Origin: an uncultured Bacteroidota bacterium | GTDB taxonomy: Bacteria > Bacteroidota > Ignavibacteria > UBA10030 > UBA6906 | DNA length: 64,000 nucleotides | Direction: 5' to 3' | Assembly: GCA_963700635.1 (NCBI GenBank) | Contig: CAVOYH010000003.1 | Span: forward strand, 544,001 to 608,000 | Shown here: positions 27,252 to 37,676 of the stretch, piece after piece | How positions within the stretch are numbered: the stretch's first letter is position 1 | Layout: each line of letters starts with the position of its first letter | The notes under the pieces: generated by a model | Database searches by the model: none | What the model saw: only the letters and a program-made list of their open reading frames with translations | Told to the model about the DNA's origin: nothing | Position numbers and translations under genes: made by a program

Positions 27252-30200
27252 CTAGAAATCAAACCCCAGCGAGAAGTAGTACTTCGGCGGGGAAAAATTG
27301 TCGTAGGTCCATGCCCACGCAACGTCAAAGCGTACCAGAAATGCCAGGAAGAAAATACGCGCGCCGGTTCCCATACCCATCAGGAGATCGCGTGTCACGG
27401 TGTTCCCCTGAGCATCTTTCGTAAACGCCACAAAGTCGCGTTCCCTGTTCCAGGCACTCCCCACATCAAAGAACATCACGCCGCCCAGACTCTGCAGCCC
27501 CAGGGGCAGGGGTCCGGCCTGCAAAAACGCAAACAACGGATATCGCAGCTCAAAATTGAACAGCGCGTACTTCGAGCCAAATGCCGCGTTGTAATTGTAC
27601 CCGCGTAACGGGAGGCCGGTCTGCAGGAACATGTAGTCTTCGGCGTTTTCGAGTGGTACATATCCCCCCTCAAAGGTATGGTTGATCCAGTTTTCCACGC
27701 CTCCCACGATGAACTTCTGAGGGTTCTTGCCAATACTTGCCCCGCCCGCCAGCCGCAGTCCGATACTATAGTTGCGCCCCAATCGTACATAATGCCGGTA
27801 GTCACCGGTCACGTTCAGGAAGCTGAGGCCGTTTGCTCCGAGCTTGGGCGTCCCGTACACGTCGAAACGGTACCGCGTACCGGCCACCGGATTAAGCAGA
27901 CCCCAGAGCGAGGTGTCGTGGGTGTAGCTCAGGCTCGGAACAATAACGTTGCGGGTCTGTGACGGATCGGTGGATCGATCCAGATTATCGCGGGAAATGC
28001 TGAACCAGCTTAACCCAAACTCCAATCGACGAAACCGGTCGAAGGGATAGAGCGCCTGCAGGGTGGCGCCATAGGTGCGGAATCTGTACAGACTGCCGCC
28101 GTAGATATCATCCACGATCACGAATCGTGCGCTATGAAAACCACCAATACCGAAGTCCACCCGGTTCGGCAAGTAGTAATACTGGAGCGCGTAGTCGCTG
28201 TTTTTGAGATCCAGGAGCAAATTCGTGGCAAACACAATCTGATGATCACCCATAAGGTCACTGAAGGCCATGATCGTAGAGCCGGTGACGCCGTAGAATG
28301 TGTCATATCCGGCATTGCCGTAGATGATGTCCGGGGTGAAGTTCAATTTGTACTTGTTCACTTTGAACGTACCGTCTTCATCCAGATTTCCGGCGATACG
28401 CGGAAGCCGCGCAATCAGGGAATCCCTGGGAATTCTCTCATCCAGCTTGTCGGTGAACACGTAGCTGGAAAAATCGAGCTGGATGTTCTCGCCATACAAC
28501 CCGGAGGTGTCAACTGATGCTTCAACCGGAGCGGGCGCCTCGGCAACGGCGCCGGAATCGATGCCGGAATCGGTGCCGGCAGCGACTTTTCGATCCTGGA
28601 GACGGAAGACTGTTGGTTCGGGCTCTGCACTTGCGATGTCCCGCTCAAACGGGCTACGCATCAGGAAGATATCAAAACCGGAGTGACTGAGAGAGGAGAA
28701 CGCCAGCTTGGACCCATCCCGCGAAAGGGAAAGCTGATACACGCCGCTGAGGGAATTCGTAAGCGGCCTGATCTTTCCGGTTTCAAGCGTGAGTTCATAG
28801 ATGTTATTGATCCCATTCCGGTCTGACACGAACAGCAACTTCTTCCCGTCCGGAGACAACACCGGAGATGTTTCATCACACTCAGTCCAATCGGTGCGCC
28901 GTTGTACTGTTTTAGTGGACAGGTCGACGCTGAAAAGGTCAAGCTGGTGTTTGAGAAAATCTGCGAACGACACCGGCTCGAGGCCAGTCGAGCTGGAGCG
29001 GTCAGATGAAAAGTACACCATGGTCCCATCGGGCGACCAGGCAGGCTGTTCGTCGGTAAACATGTCGTTTGTGAGATTGGTCAGCTCGCGCGTGCCAAGG
29101 TGATAGACATGGATGTCCGACTGCCGCGCCGTGTTTCCCACAAAGGCGATGCGGTCACCTTGCGGCGACCAAGTAACCGAGAAGATCCCGTCGAGATCAA
29201 AGGAGAGTTTTTCGGTCTCGCCGGACTTCACATCAACAAGGATTATGGCGTCCCGTTCGCCCGCTTTGGTGGCGATTGCCAGCCGTTTTCCGTCCGGCGA
29301 CCAGCTTATACCCGGTGTCAACAGATGAAGCTCTTCAAAGTTGTTAGTCTGCTGTCCGTCGATGAGTATTTCAAGGTCGGCCCCATCAACGGCATTCATA
29401 ATAAAAACGTCAAAGAAGTCATGGCGGTTGGAAATGAACGCGATCTTGTCGCCCTGCGGCGATATGGCCGGACTTGTATTATAAAAGCCGCCCTCTTTTT
29501 TGTGCTCGGTTAGCCGCCGGGAAAAATCGGTTGGATCTTCGCGCTTGGCGATATCCGGCCAGTACATCACTTTCTGTTCTTTTTGCCAGCGCTCGGACAG
29601 TTCTTCGAGATTTAATCCGATTGAACTCCGGAGGCCGGTTTCCACGCTGCGGGTACTCTTAATCTTGTTCAGAAGCTCGCCGATCTTCTGCTCACCGTAT
29701 TTGTTGGCGATGTAGTAGAAGACGGACTGACCGCCGCGATAGGCAAAGTACCCGTACAACTGATTGATCGGAGGGAGGTATTGATGGACGGTTGCATCCC
29801 GGAGAAACATGTCGGAATCCGTATCCCACCTGAGCGACTCATACTCTGCAAGACCTTCGGTGAACCAGAGTGGAAGCTGGAGTGTGATATTGTTGGAGAT
29901 AATGGACTGGATACTGCCGCCGTAGAACATATCATTCATGACGGCATGAACAAGTTCATGGTGGATTACGTGCCGGAACTTCCGGTAATCACCCTCAAAC
30001 GGGACGACCACCCGATTCTTGAAGAGCTCCGTTACCCCACCGATACCCTCCTCCATATACTGGCTGATCACGTTGGTCTGCTGGAATTCGTTGTGCGAGT
30101 TATACACAATCAACGGAACGCGGTTTACGAGCTGGTACCGGAAGAGACGGCTCATGGACGCGTAGGCAGATTCGGCGGCAACGGCACAAAACTGCGCCAG

Positions 30201-30377
30201 ATGGTGCCCATCATTTGCATAATACACATCAAAGTGGTCGGTCTGGATATAATGCCAGCTGAAGTTCTTGTACTGGACCTTATTCTTCCCGAAAACATCG
30301 ATTTGTGCAGCCGCAGAGGGTGAAAGAACTACCCACAGAAGCGCTGCGCTCAGGAATATCTTCATTTTCGCCTTCAT
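27252..30377 (-). CDS. Omp85-superfamily outer-membrane protein with an N-terminal zinc-metallopeptidase-like domain and PD40/TolB beta-propeller repeats (no POTRA domains seen)
   Basis: Signal peptide (...AAA|QID), HHELVH...WFTEGLAEY, multiple (W/L)SP(D/Q)G repeats, loop-6 motif PLRGY, ELRYPLF, FFDVGSAW and a C-terminal beta-signal YYFSLGFDF. Confidence 0.85.
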   Translation of the reverse strand: MKAKMKIFLSAALLWVVLSPSAAAQIDVFGKNKVQYKNFSWHYIQTDHFDVYYANDGHHLAQFCAVAAESAYASMSRLFRYQLVNRVPLIVYNSHNEFQQTNVISQYMEEGIGGVTELFKNRVVVPFEGDYRKFRHVIHHELVHAVMNDMFYGGSIQSIISNNITLQLPLWFTEGLAEYESLRWDTDSDMFLRDATVHQYLPPINQLYGYFAYRGGQSVFYYIANKYGEQKIGELLNKIKSTRSVETGLRSSIGLNLEELSERWQKEQKVMYWPDIAKREDPTDFSRRLTEHKKEGGFYNTSPAISPQGDKIAFISNRHDFFDVFIMNAVDGADLEILIDGQQTNNFEELHLLTPGISWSPDGKRLAIATKAGERDAIILVDVKSGETEKLSFDLDGIFSVTWSPQGDRIAFVGNTARQSDIHVYHLGTRELTNLTNDMFTDEQPAWSPDGTMVYFSSDRSSSTGLEPVSFADFLKHQLDLFSVDLSTKTVQRRTDWTECDETSPVLSPDGKKLLFVSDRNGINNIYELTLETGKIRPLTNSLSGVYQLSLSRDGSKLAFSSLSHSGFDIFLMRSPFERDIASAEPEPTVFRLQDRKVAAGTDSGIDSGAVAEAPAPVEASVDTSGLYGENIQLDFSSYVFTDKLDERIPRDSLIARLPRIAGNLDEDGTFKVNKYKLNFTPDIIYGNAGYDTFYGVTGSTIMAFSDLMGDHQIVFATNLLLDLKNSDYALQYYYLPNRVDFGIGGFHSARFVIVDDIYGGSLYRFRTYGATLQALYPFDRFRRLEFGLSWFSISRDNLDRSTDPSQTRNVIVPSLSYTHDTSLWGLLNPVAGTRYRFDVYGTPKLGANGLSFLNVTGDYRHYVRLGRNYSIGLRLAGGASIGKNPQKFIVGGVENWINHTFEGGYVPLENAEDYMFLQTGLPLRGYNYNAAFGSKYALFNFELRYPLFAFLQAGPLPLGLQSLGGVMFFDVGSAWNRERDFVAFTKDAQGNTVTRDLLMGMGTGARIFFLAFLVRFDVAWAWTYDNFSPPKYYFSLGFDF

Positions 30378-30401
30378 ACGTTGACCCCTTCGCTTCGTCT
30401 C

Positions 30402-30430
30402 ATACTATACAAAACGCCCCATCAGGCCAA
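30402..30430 (-). promoter_or_regulatory. possible internal promoter for the Omp85-family gene
   Basis: Minus strand TTGGCC(30430-30425)-N17-TAGTAT(30407-30402). Confidence 0.35.
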
Positions 30431-30441
30431 AAGTTCCGCGC

Positions 30442-32589
30442 TCAATCACTGACGAGCGTCAAGTTCAACTCGCGGGTTTCTGCCTTTACGGAGAGCGTCC
30501 GGACACGAACATGATCACCAAGCCGGTACTGGCGACCCCGTGACCGGCCTCTCAATGTATACTGTTTCTCATCAAAGAGGTAGTAGTCATCATCAAGATC
30601 CCGGACATGGACCAGCCCCTGAACGAGTAATTCGTGTAGTTCGACAAATAGTCCAAAATTGGTTACGCCCGTAATCACACCTTCGAACTCATCGCCGATG
30701 TGCCGTTTCATGTATTCCATCTGCATGACTTTCACCGAAGCCCGTTCGGCTTCCACAGCGACGCGTTCGCGGTCGGACGACTGCCGTGCAACATCCGGCA
30801 TAATCCCGCTGAAGTGGGCGAGCCGGTCCGTGGTTGGCACCGCGGCATATTCGTCAAGCAGACGATGGACGACAAGATCGGGATAACGCCGGATCGGTGA
30901 AGTAAAGTGGGTGTAGTGACGGAACCCGAGGCCGTAATGCCCGATGTTTTTTCCCGCATAGACGGCTTTCGCCATCGATCGCAAGGCCACATCGTGAATA
31001 ACATCTTCAACGTCCGAACCCTTCACCTCGTCAAGAAGTTTTTGGAGTTCGCGTGAGGAAACTCCGTTTTTCACATCCAATGAATACCCGAACTGCTTGA
31101 CGAACAATCCGAGTTCTTTGAGCCGTTCCGGATTGGGAAGGTCATGCACACGGTAAAGAAATGGCACTGCGTGGCCGTCGGTTTTCATCCGTGCCACATG
31201 CTGCGCGACAATCTTGTTGGCAAGCAGCATACATTCTTCCACCAGGCGATGGGCGTCGAGCCGCACTTTTTTGATGATCTGGATGGGAAGACCCTGTGCA
31301 TCAAAACGAAACTTGGCTTCCGCAGTGTCAAAGTCCAGACTGCCGGTCTTCCGGCGCCGTTTGGAGAGCTGTTTTGCCAGATCATTCAAGCGGAGGAGAA
31401 GTTCTGCATGCTCACCCTCCTTCTTCTCAAGAATGCCCTGGACCTCCTCATAGCTGAAACGTCGCTTGCTGTGAATCACCGAACGCGCAAAGCGATACTC
31501 CTCCACCTTGCCGTCCTTCGTCACATCAATGAGTGCACTGTATGTCAGACGGTCTGTGGCGGGGCGCAGACTGCACAGGTCATTGGAGAGGCGCTCGGGC
31601 AACATCGGAACCACTTCATTGACAAGGTACACACTCGTGCCGCGCAGATAGGCCTCGCGATCGAGTTCTGCGCCTTCCCGAACGTAATAACTCACATCCG
31701 CAATATGGACTCCGAGCCGGTATCGGCCGTTGTCGAGTTCTTCACACGAAAGCGCATCGTCAAAGTCCTTTGCATCCTCCGGGTCAATGGTCACACAGAC
31801 ACTTGAGCGCAGGTCCAGCCGGCGCTGTATTTCATCAGGAGGTATCGTCCCGGGGAGTTCTGCGGCTGCACGCTCCACCGATGCCGGAAATGCCGGCGGC
31901 AGTCCGAAACTGCGCGCAACGCTGAGTACCTCGACGCGGGCATCGCCCGCCGGACCGAGGACCTCCACGATAACGCCCTCCGGATTCAGGTGTTCATCTT
32001 CCCAGGGTTCAAGTTCTACAACCACTTTGTCGCCGGGACGTGCTTTGTGTGCCGTACCCGGGGCAAGGTAGATGTCTCTTGGAATACGTTCATCATCCGG
32101 GATAACAATCGCAAAATCCTTCCGCATTTCCAGGCGTCCGGTCAGACGTGTGACTGTCCGTTCGAGCACACGCACCACTTCCCCTTCGGGACCTTCGTCC
32201 TGCCGATGTGAACGCCGTTCAGCGAACAGCGCAACCTCGACGAGATCTCCGGAAAACGCTGTACGAAGAAACCGTGGCGCAATCCGGATATCTCTGTCCC
32301 ATCCCTCTGCCTTCACGAACCCCAATCCCCGCCGGGTGATACTGAGCCGTCCTGTTGTATTGCGTGGTCTCCGGGAGCCTTCCTGCTTACGCTTCCTTGC
32401 GTAACTGAACCGTCCTCGCTCATCCGCGACGATGAGGCCGGCGCGCTCGAGCTCTTCCATGAGCGTGCGAAGGGTGCGGAATTGCTCTTTGCCGGAAATT
32501 TTCATCCGTCGCGCAAGATCTTTGACGGTTGTCCTGGTGCGGGGGTGTCCCGAAAAGAAACCCAACACACTTTTTTTGAGGTCACTCAC
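30442..32589 (-). CDS. rnr: ribonuclease R
   Basis: TIDPEDAKDFDDALS, VHIADVSYYV, RGTSVYL, HFTSPIRRYPDL and a C-terminal S1 domain. GTG start. Confidence 0.96.
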   Translation of the reverse strand: MSDLKKSVLGFFSGHPRTRTTVKDLARRMKISGKEQFRTLRTLMEELERAGLIVADERGRFSYARKRKQEGSRRPRNTTGRLSITRRGLGFVKAEGWDRDIRIAPRFLRTAFSGDLVEVALFAERRSHRQDEGPEGEVVRVLERTVTRLTGRLEMRKDFAIVIPDDERIPRDIYLAPGTAHKARPGDKVVVELEPWEDEHLNPEGVIVEVLGPAGDARVEVLSVARSFGLPPAFPASVERAAAELPGTIPPDEIQRRLDLRSSVCVTIDPEDAKDFDDALSCEELDNGRYRLGVHIADVSYYVREGAELDREAYLRGTSVYLVNEVVPMLPERLSNDLCSLRPATDRLTYSALIDVTKDGKVEEYRFARSVIHSKRRFSYEEVQGILEKKEGEHAELLLRLNDLAKQLSKRRRKTGSLDFDTAEAKFRFDAQGLPIQIIKKVRLDAHRLVEECMLLANKIVAQHVARMKTDGHAVPFLYRVHDLPNPERLKELGLFVKQFGYSLDVKNGVSSRELQKLLDEVKGSDVEDVIHDVALRSMAKAVYAGKNIGHYGLGFRHYTHFTSPIRRYPDLVVHRLLDEYAAVPTTDRLAHFSGIMPDVARQSSDRERVAVEAERASVKVMQMEYMKRHIGDEFEGVITGVTNFGLFVELHELLVQGLVHVRDLDDDYYLFDEKQYTLRGRSRGRQYRLGDHVRVRTLSVKAETRELNLTLVSD

Positions 32590-32609
32590 GGTAGCTCCGG
32601 AGTATGGTA

Positions 32610-35600
32610 TCAGAATGAAAAACGGTAGAACAGGCGCGCCGAATTGGTGCGCCGCAGATCGGTCGCCTGCCCGAATGTTCCGCGCTCGACCTTGCTCTCC
32701 AGCTCCATCATCAGGTTACGGAGAGAGGGCCTGTTAAAGATGCTGCCGAATGAATACTGTACGCTAAAATTCGCATTCCCCAGAGGATCGTCCAGAATCT
32801 GCCCCCCATACCGCCAGTACCCGCTCCAGGCCACTCCACTCAGGCGGATGTCTGCCGACTCTGTTGCGCCGGCCTGTGTATTAAAATTGAGTTCCACCGA
32901 ACTGATGAACCCGGTTTGCGCCCGCAGGAATTCCGAAAGTGTTCCTGTCAGGAGGGAGGAAGCACCCGTCAGGATTGACCGCCGGAAGGTTTTTTCGAGT
33001 TCAGCCGACACGTCACCTTTCTCGGCAACCGTGAGCGGGAAGGAACCGTAAATAATAAACCCGATGGCATCCGATTGGACATCATTTGACTTCAGCCCGT
33101 TGTATGCATAGTAGTCCACATTGTCAATTGTCATGGACATGGACAGACTCGGCGATGAGCGGGGGCCGGTGATATCAACGATCACCACAACGCTCTCGTC
33201 GTCTTTGGCGGAGGCCGTGTCGCGCACCGCCCGTGTCCCGCGGTACGTCGCCCTGATATTCAATTCCGGATTCATAAAATCACCGGTGAATTGAATCCGG
33301 CCTTCTGCATCAAACCGGCGGTAGAAACTGTAGTACGCGCGCGAAACCGTCAGATCACCCAGCCAGCGGCGGCCATCTTCGGTGATCGAGAATCGACCGT
33401 CAATCGTGGCAACAAGCTCTTCGCTGGAGATCGGATTAAATATCATGCGGATGCCGGTCGTCCCGCCGGTCGTCTCGATGTCCAGGTCATACCGCAGCCC
33501 GTCCAGAAAAGAGACCGTGCCCTCGAGATTCCGGTGAGTGCCTTGATTGTCTCCCTCCTGGCCGTTTCCGAAATACCGGTCGGCTGCAGAGACCACAGTT
33601 TTCTCGCCATACTTGCTGGTGTCGTCATAGACGATGAGGGGAACCGAGAGCGCGGATTCTTCCGTCACAACCTGCTGGGTGGGCGGAAAAATCAGATTGG
33701 AGTTTCGGATCGCCACGGATCCTCTGAGTAACGATCGTTCAATATCTCCCGTAAACCGCAGGCCACCAGAACCGATCTCGACGAACAGATCGCCGTACAG
33801 CGAGAGTGATGACTTTCGGGTTGCCTCCTTCACGACATGGAGTTGACCGGTGGCGGAGAGATTAAAGTCCCCGGGTGTAAAATTCCGGAGCGCAAAATCT
33901 CCGGTGAGCCGTACAAGGCCCGTTCGTTCGTCACGTTCGTCACCCGGTACATTCCTAACTGTCGCTTCGGCAACGGTAATCCGGTCTCCTGCTCCCTGGA
34001 AGGTCCCCTGGACTATGTAGTACATGTTGTTCGGCTCAAAGAGAAACTGACATTCCGAGAGTCTGAGTTGGCCGTCATACCGCGGACGCTCAGCCGTGCC
34101 TGAGATGGTAAGATCACAGTCCAGTGTCCCGGAGAGATTGTTAAACGTCGGCAACAACGGATCCAAGATGGTGATCGGTGTTCCTGCGGATTTTATGGTA
34201 AGCCTGAATTCACGATTCTCATCGGGCAAGGACAAATCACCGCGCAGAAGCGGTATCGAACCTTCGGCTGTCAGTTCAGGTCCCTCTGCCACGCGTCCGC
34301 GGGTAACATCCGCCGCAATCTTAAGATCCAGCACTCCTTCCGTGAAGCCCACAGCCCCGCTCACACTGCCGAACGGTATATCTCGCAGCGCGATACTATC
34401 TGCAGCGAATGTAGCCGTCAGTGACGGGCGCTCCACTGTTCCCCCGATGACGATGGCCGCATCAAGCCCTCCCTCGAATACATGTCCTCCGGAGGAAGGA
34501 TCTTCACTGGCAAGGAAATAGGTCAGATCCGCCAGGTTCAGGTCCGTCCCGCGGACTGTCGCCGAAAGTGCTCCGCCTTGTCCGATGGTTCCCTGGGCGA
34601 TAACCTGCGAAATAGAACGGTGCAGGACGAGATCACTCAGCGTTACGGCGTGAGGGCATATCGTGATCTGCGATCCGGGGTCGGCCTCCCAACGGAGAGC
34701 ACGATAGGATGCGTAGAGATTGTTGATCACACAGGAAATCGTGTCCTGACGAAGTTCCGCTTCCCCTTCGACATTGAGATGCGTCTCCCGGTTTAATGCC
34801 CCGTGCAGCAGGTACTGTGCCTGACGGTCTTTGATACGTATGTTCACCTCTATACTGTCGAGCTCCGTACTGCTGATATTCACCATCCGGGCGGTAGCAC
34901 GCACCTGAAGGTCCGCATCGGTGTACGTGCGTTCGGGCCCGAGATCTACTGCCTGAACAACAAGCTCTCCATCCTCGACAAGAACGCCGGACATGACATC
35001 GCCATAATAAAACTCTTTCACCGTAAGGCGCGTATCCGATGTCAGTTTCTTGATGCCACCCCGCAGGGTGCCGGCGAGTCTTGCGGTACCATTGAATGTA
35101 CGTTCTCCGACCGCCAGTGAGGGAAGTTGCAGGTCTTTCACATTAACCTCATACCTGAGATCCACGCTGCGCGCCTCTTCTTCGAGAGTTGTCCGGAGCC
35201 TGGAAAGAGCCAGGGTATCAATGTCCGTTTGAAACAGGGAGTCAAACCGGGAGAAATTTTCGTTGATTGCCAGACTGGCATTCTGCAATTGGAACCCTAC
35301 AAGCCGGCTCAGATGGCCGAGATCATACTGCCCTTCAAAGGTCGCATCCAGGACGGGAGAGGAAAAGGCAAAAACCTTGTGCACGCTGTCGTCTTGATTG
35401 AGCGTGAGGCGAATATCCCCATCTTCTATAGAGTAGTTGCCATAACGTGAATTGGATGCGGTAAAGAGGAAGTCGCCACCGAGGGTTTCAAGCGTAAGTC
35501 CGGATCCAGTGACTTGAATATTGAGATTCAGGTCGCTGGAATGGCGCTCTTCTCCGAGCAACTCGGCAAGATTGACACCGGTGGCGGATCCTTCGATGGA

Positions 35601-37160
35601 AAATGTCGGATGTGGCTGCACCGACTCGTCAAGATTGCCGGTCAGGAGATAGTCTGCGGTACTGATCCCCAGCTGGAGAACTCCGTCCACTCTCCGGTCC
35701 CGTGCACGGAGCTGAGCCTCTCCGGACCGAATCGCTAAACCGCGGAATGTTGAGGAGTCCAGCAGAACACGGGCCGTGCCGTAAACTTTCCGGAGATCAA
35801 CGCCCGAACCGTCGATAATAACAGCGCCATGAAGGTCGGTCGCCAGAGCTTCCTCATCGAGCACCCGCGCGAGATTAACCCCATCCAGCGTAATCGTCCC
35901 GTGATATCGCAGGGTGCGGGGACCGCCAATGGTGAGCGCCAGATCTTCGGTCCGGATGGTACCCCCGCTGCTCTCAAGCACCATCTGCGTCTGAAAACTC
36001 AGCGGGGTTCCGCGAAAACGTACATCAAGACTAACCGGGCCCAGCGATCGGAAGTCCGGAAGGTCAAACGAGGGGAGCAGCGTCAGGGGATCGGCTGGCG
36101 CGATCCGGCTCTCCCGCATACGGAGATCCATTGTTAGGTTTCCCGGGTCATGGAGATTTGACACGGTGCCGTCCATCAGGATCCGACTTTCGCCAAAACG
36201 GAGGTCCAGCTCCCGTACCGGCAAATCACCGAATGGACCGTCTGCAATGACTGTTCCGCTGACGGTACCATTGAGAAAGTGCGTGGCTGGGAGAATACGT
36301 CCAAGTTCCCTGAAATTAACGAGATCAACGGACAGGCCGACCGACGCGGAACAGGTCCGAAGGTTTTCAAGCGTGAAGCCGCCCAGAAGATCAATGCCGG
36401 TCATTGAAGCCGTCAGGAGCACGCTCGAACTATCGGTTATGATGCGTAAATCCGACACCCGTGTCAGGGTGGGCGTGACGTCCATATCGGCCGAAATGTG
36501 GTTGAAGCGTACGGGTGTGTCGTCAATCGCGAAGGCAAGACGGGTGATACCGGCATGGTAGACGTCGTTACGCATCGTAAACGACATGCCGAGTGAAAAC
36601 CCGTTCAGCACAAGATGATCATAGTCGAGGGCGTCAAACGGCCGATCAGGTTCATCCGGTTCAGACAATGTTGTGGAATCAACTACGATGATGGTCCCGT
36701 TGTGCATTTCAAACCGGCGGAGTTGAATGCCCCAATCAAAACGGGACGAGACGGTATCGGGTGCTGTCTTCACCGCAATCCGTTCAAGGTTCCAGGCACC
36801 CGAGCGCGATCGGAGCAGGCGCACGGTAGGCCGTTCCAGGACCAGACTGTGGACGGAGATGGTCTTGCTCGATATATCAAAGAGGTTGTACCGCAGGCCA
36901 ATCTGATCGGCGCTCAGCAGTGTATCATTGTCAAGGGAGACCGAGATTCCGTCGATGGTGAATCCTGTGACGAGATTGCCATGCAGTTCTCCGAGGGTCA
37001 CCTCGGCTACAAGCAAACTGTCGAGTTCGGTGAGCGCGACGGCCCGGAGGCGGTCACGAAAGAACTGGGTTTGTGTGAGACCCGCAAGCAGCAGCAGGAG
37101 GAGTACTACTCCCCCCGTACCATAGAGGATGACGCGAAGAATGGCTTTGAGGGCTTTCAT
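32610..37160 (-). CDS. tamB: TamB-like (AsmA superfamily) bridge-like protein
   Basis: 1516 aa with an N-terminal TM anchor and repeated amphipathic beta-taco segments. DUF490-like C-terminus (G.I.FTGD..NPELNIRATY, V.ITGP...P.L) ending LFYRFSF. Confidence 0.8.
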   Translation of the reverse strand: MKALKAILRVILYGTGGVVLLLLLLAGLTQTQFFRDRLRAVALTELDSLLVAEVTLGELHGNLVTGFTIDGISVSLDNDTLLSADQIGLRYNLFDISSKTISVHSLVLERPTVRLLRSRSGAWNLERIAVKTAPDTVSSRFDWGIQLRRFEMHNGTIIVVDSTTLSEPDEPDRPFDALDYDHLVLNGFSLGMSFTMRNDVYHAGITRLAFAIDDTPVRFNHISADMDVTPTLTRVSDLRIITDSSSVLLTASMTGIDLLGGFTLENLRTCSASVGLSVDLVNFRELGRILPATHFLNGTVSGTVIADGPFGDLPVRELDLRFGESRILMDGTVSNLHDPGNLTMDLRMRESRIAPADPLTLLPSFDLPDFRSLGPVSLDVRFRGTPLSFQTQMVLESSGGTIRTEDLALTIGGPRTLRYHGTITLDGVNLARVLDEEALATDLHGAVIIDGSGVDLRKVYGTARVLLDSSTFRGLAIRSGEAQLRARDRRVDGVLQLGISTADYLLTGNLDESVQPHPTFSIEGSATGVNLAELLGEERHSSDLNLNIQVTGSGLTLETLGGDFLFTASNSRYGNYSIEDGDIRLTLNQDDSVHKVFAFSSPVLDATFEGQYDLGHLSRLVGFQLQNASLAINENFSRFDSLFQTDIDTLALSRLRTTLEEEARSVDLRYEVNVKDLQLPSLAVGERTFNGTARLAGTLRGGIKKLTSDTRLTVKEFYYGDVMSGVLVEDGELVVQAVDLGPERTYTDADLQVRATARMVNISSTELDSIEVNIRIKDRQAQYLLHGALNRETHLNVEGEAELRQDTISCVINNLYASYRALRWEADPGSQITICPHAVTLSDLVLHRSISQVIAQGTIGQGGALSATVRGTDLNLADLTYFLASEDPSSGGHVFEGGLDAAIVIGGTVERPSLTATFAADSIALRDIPFGSVSGAVGFTEGVLDLKIAADVTRGRVAEGPELTAEGSIPLLRGDLSLPDENREFRLTIKSAGTPITILDPLLPTFNNLSGTLDCDLTISGTAERPRYDGQLRLSECQFLFEPNNMYYIVQGTFQGAGDRITVAEATVRNVPGDERDERTGLVRLTGDFALRNFTPGDFNLSATGQLHVVKEATRKSSLSLYGDLFVEIGSGGLRFTGDIERSLLRGSVAIRNSNLIFPPTQQVVTEESALSVPLIVYDDTSKYGEKTVVSAADRYFGNGQEGDNQGTHRNLEGTVSFLDGLRYDLDIETTGGTTGIRMIFNPISSEELVATIDGRFSITEDGRRWLGDLTVSRAYYSFYRRFDAEGRIQFTGDFMNPELNIRATYRGTRAVRDTASAKDDESVVVIVDITGPRSSPSLSMSMTIDNVDYYAYNGLKSNDVQSDAIGFIIYGSFPLTVAEKGDVSAELEKTFRRSILTGASSLLTGTLSEFLRAQTGFISSVELNFNTQAGATESADIRLSGVAWSGYWRYGGQILDDPLGNANFSVQYSFGSIFNRPSLRNLMMELESKVERGTFGQATDLRRTNSARLFYRFSF

Positions 37161-37163
37161 GAT

Positions 37164-37676
37164 TCATGTTTTCGCACGGTGATCCGTTCGGCCTGGACAG
37201 TAGACATCAAGCACGCGCTGGATCACATTTGTTGTCGACCGGCCCGGAGTGAGACGGATCCGGCGTACCTTGCCGCCGTGGGCTTCCACAACATCGGCGC
37301 CAACGATCTCTCCTTTTTTCCAGTCCGCCCCTTTTGCCAGGACATCCGGTAGGAGTGTCCGGATAAGCCGGGCAGGCGTGTCATCGCCGAACAACACCAC
37401 ATAATCAACGCACTGCAATGCAGCCAGTACGGATGCCCGATCCCGGTTGGGGTTAATGGGTCGTTTCGGACCTTTTATACGACGGATGGAGTTATCCGTA
37501 TTCAATCCGACAACCAGGGCATCCCCGAGACTGCGCGCGGCTTGCAGGTAGGACACGTGGCCGCGGTGAAGAATATCAAATGTCCCGTTTGTGAACACCA
37601 GTTTTTTTCCGAGGCGCCTGAGCGCCCGGCGTCGCCGTATCATCGCTGAAAGCGAAAGCACCTTCCCCTCTTTCAC
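37164..37676 (-). CDS. rfaE2: D-glycero-beta-D-manno-heptose 1-phosphate adenylyltransferase
   Basis: VFTNGTFDILHRGHV.YL, LVVGLNTD.SI...KGP.RP, LAKGADW and STT. GTG start at 37676 overlaps the rfaE1 stop (GTGA). Confidence 0.93.
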   Translation of the reverse strand: MKEGKVLSLSAMIRRRRALRRLGKKLVFTNGTFDILHRGHVSYLQAARSLGDALVVGLNTDNSIRRIKGPKRPINPNRDRASVLAALQCVDYVVLFGDDTPARLIRTLLPDVLAKGADWKKGEIVGADVVEAHGGKVRRIRLTPGRSTTNVIQRVLDVYCPGRTDHRAKT

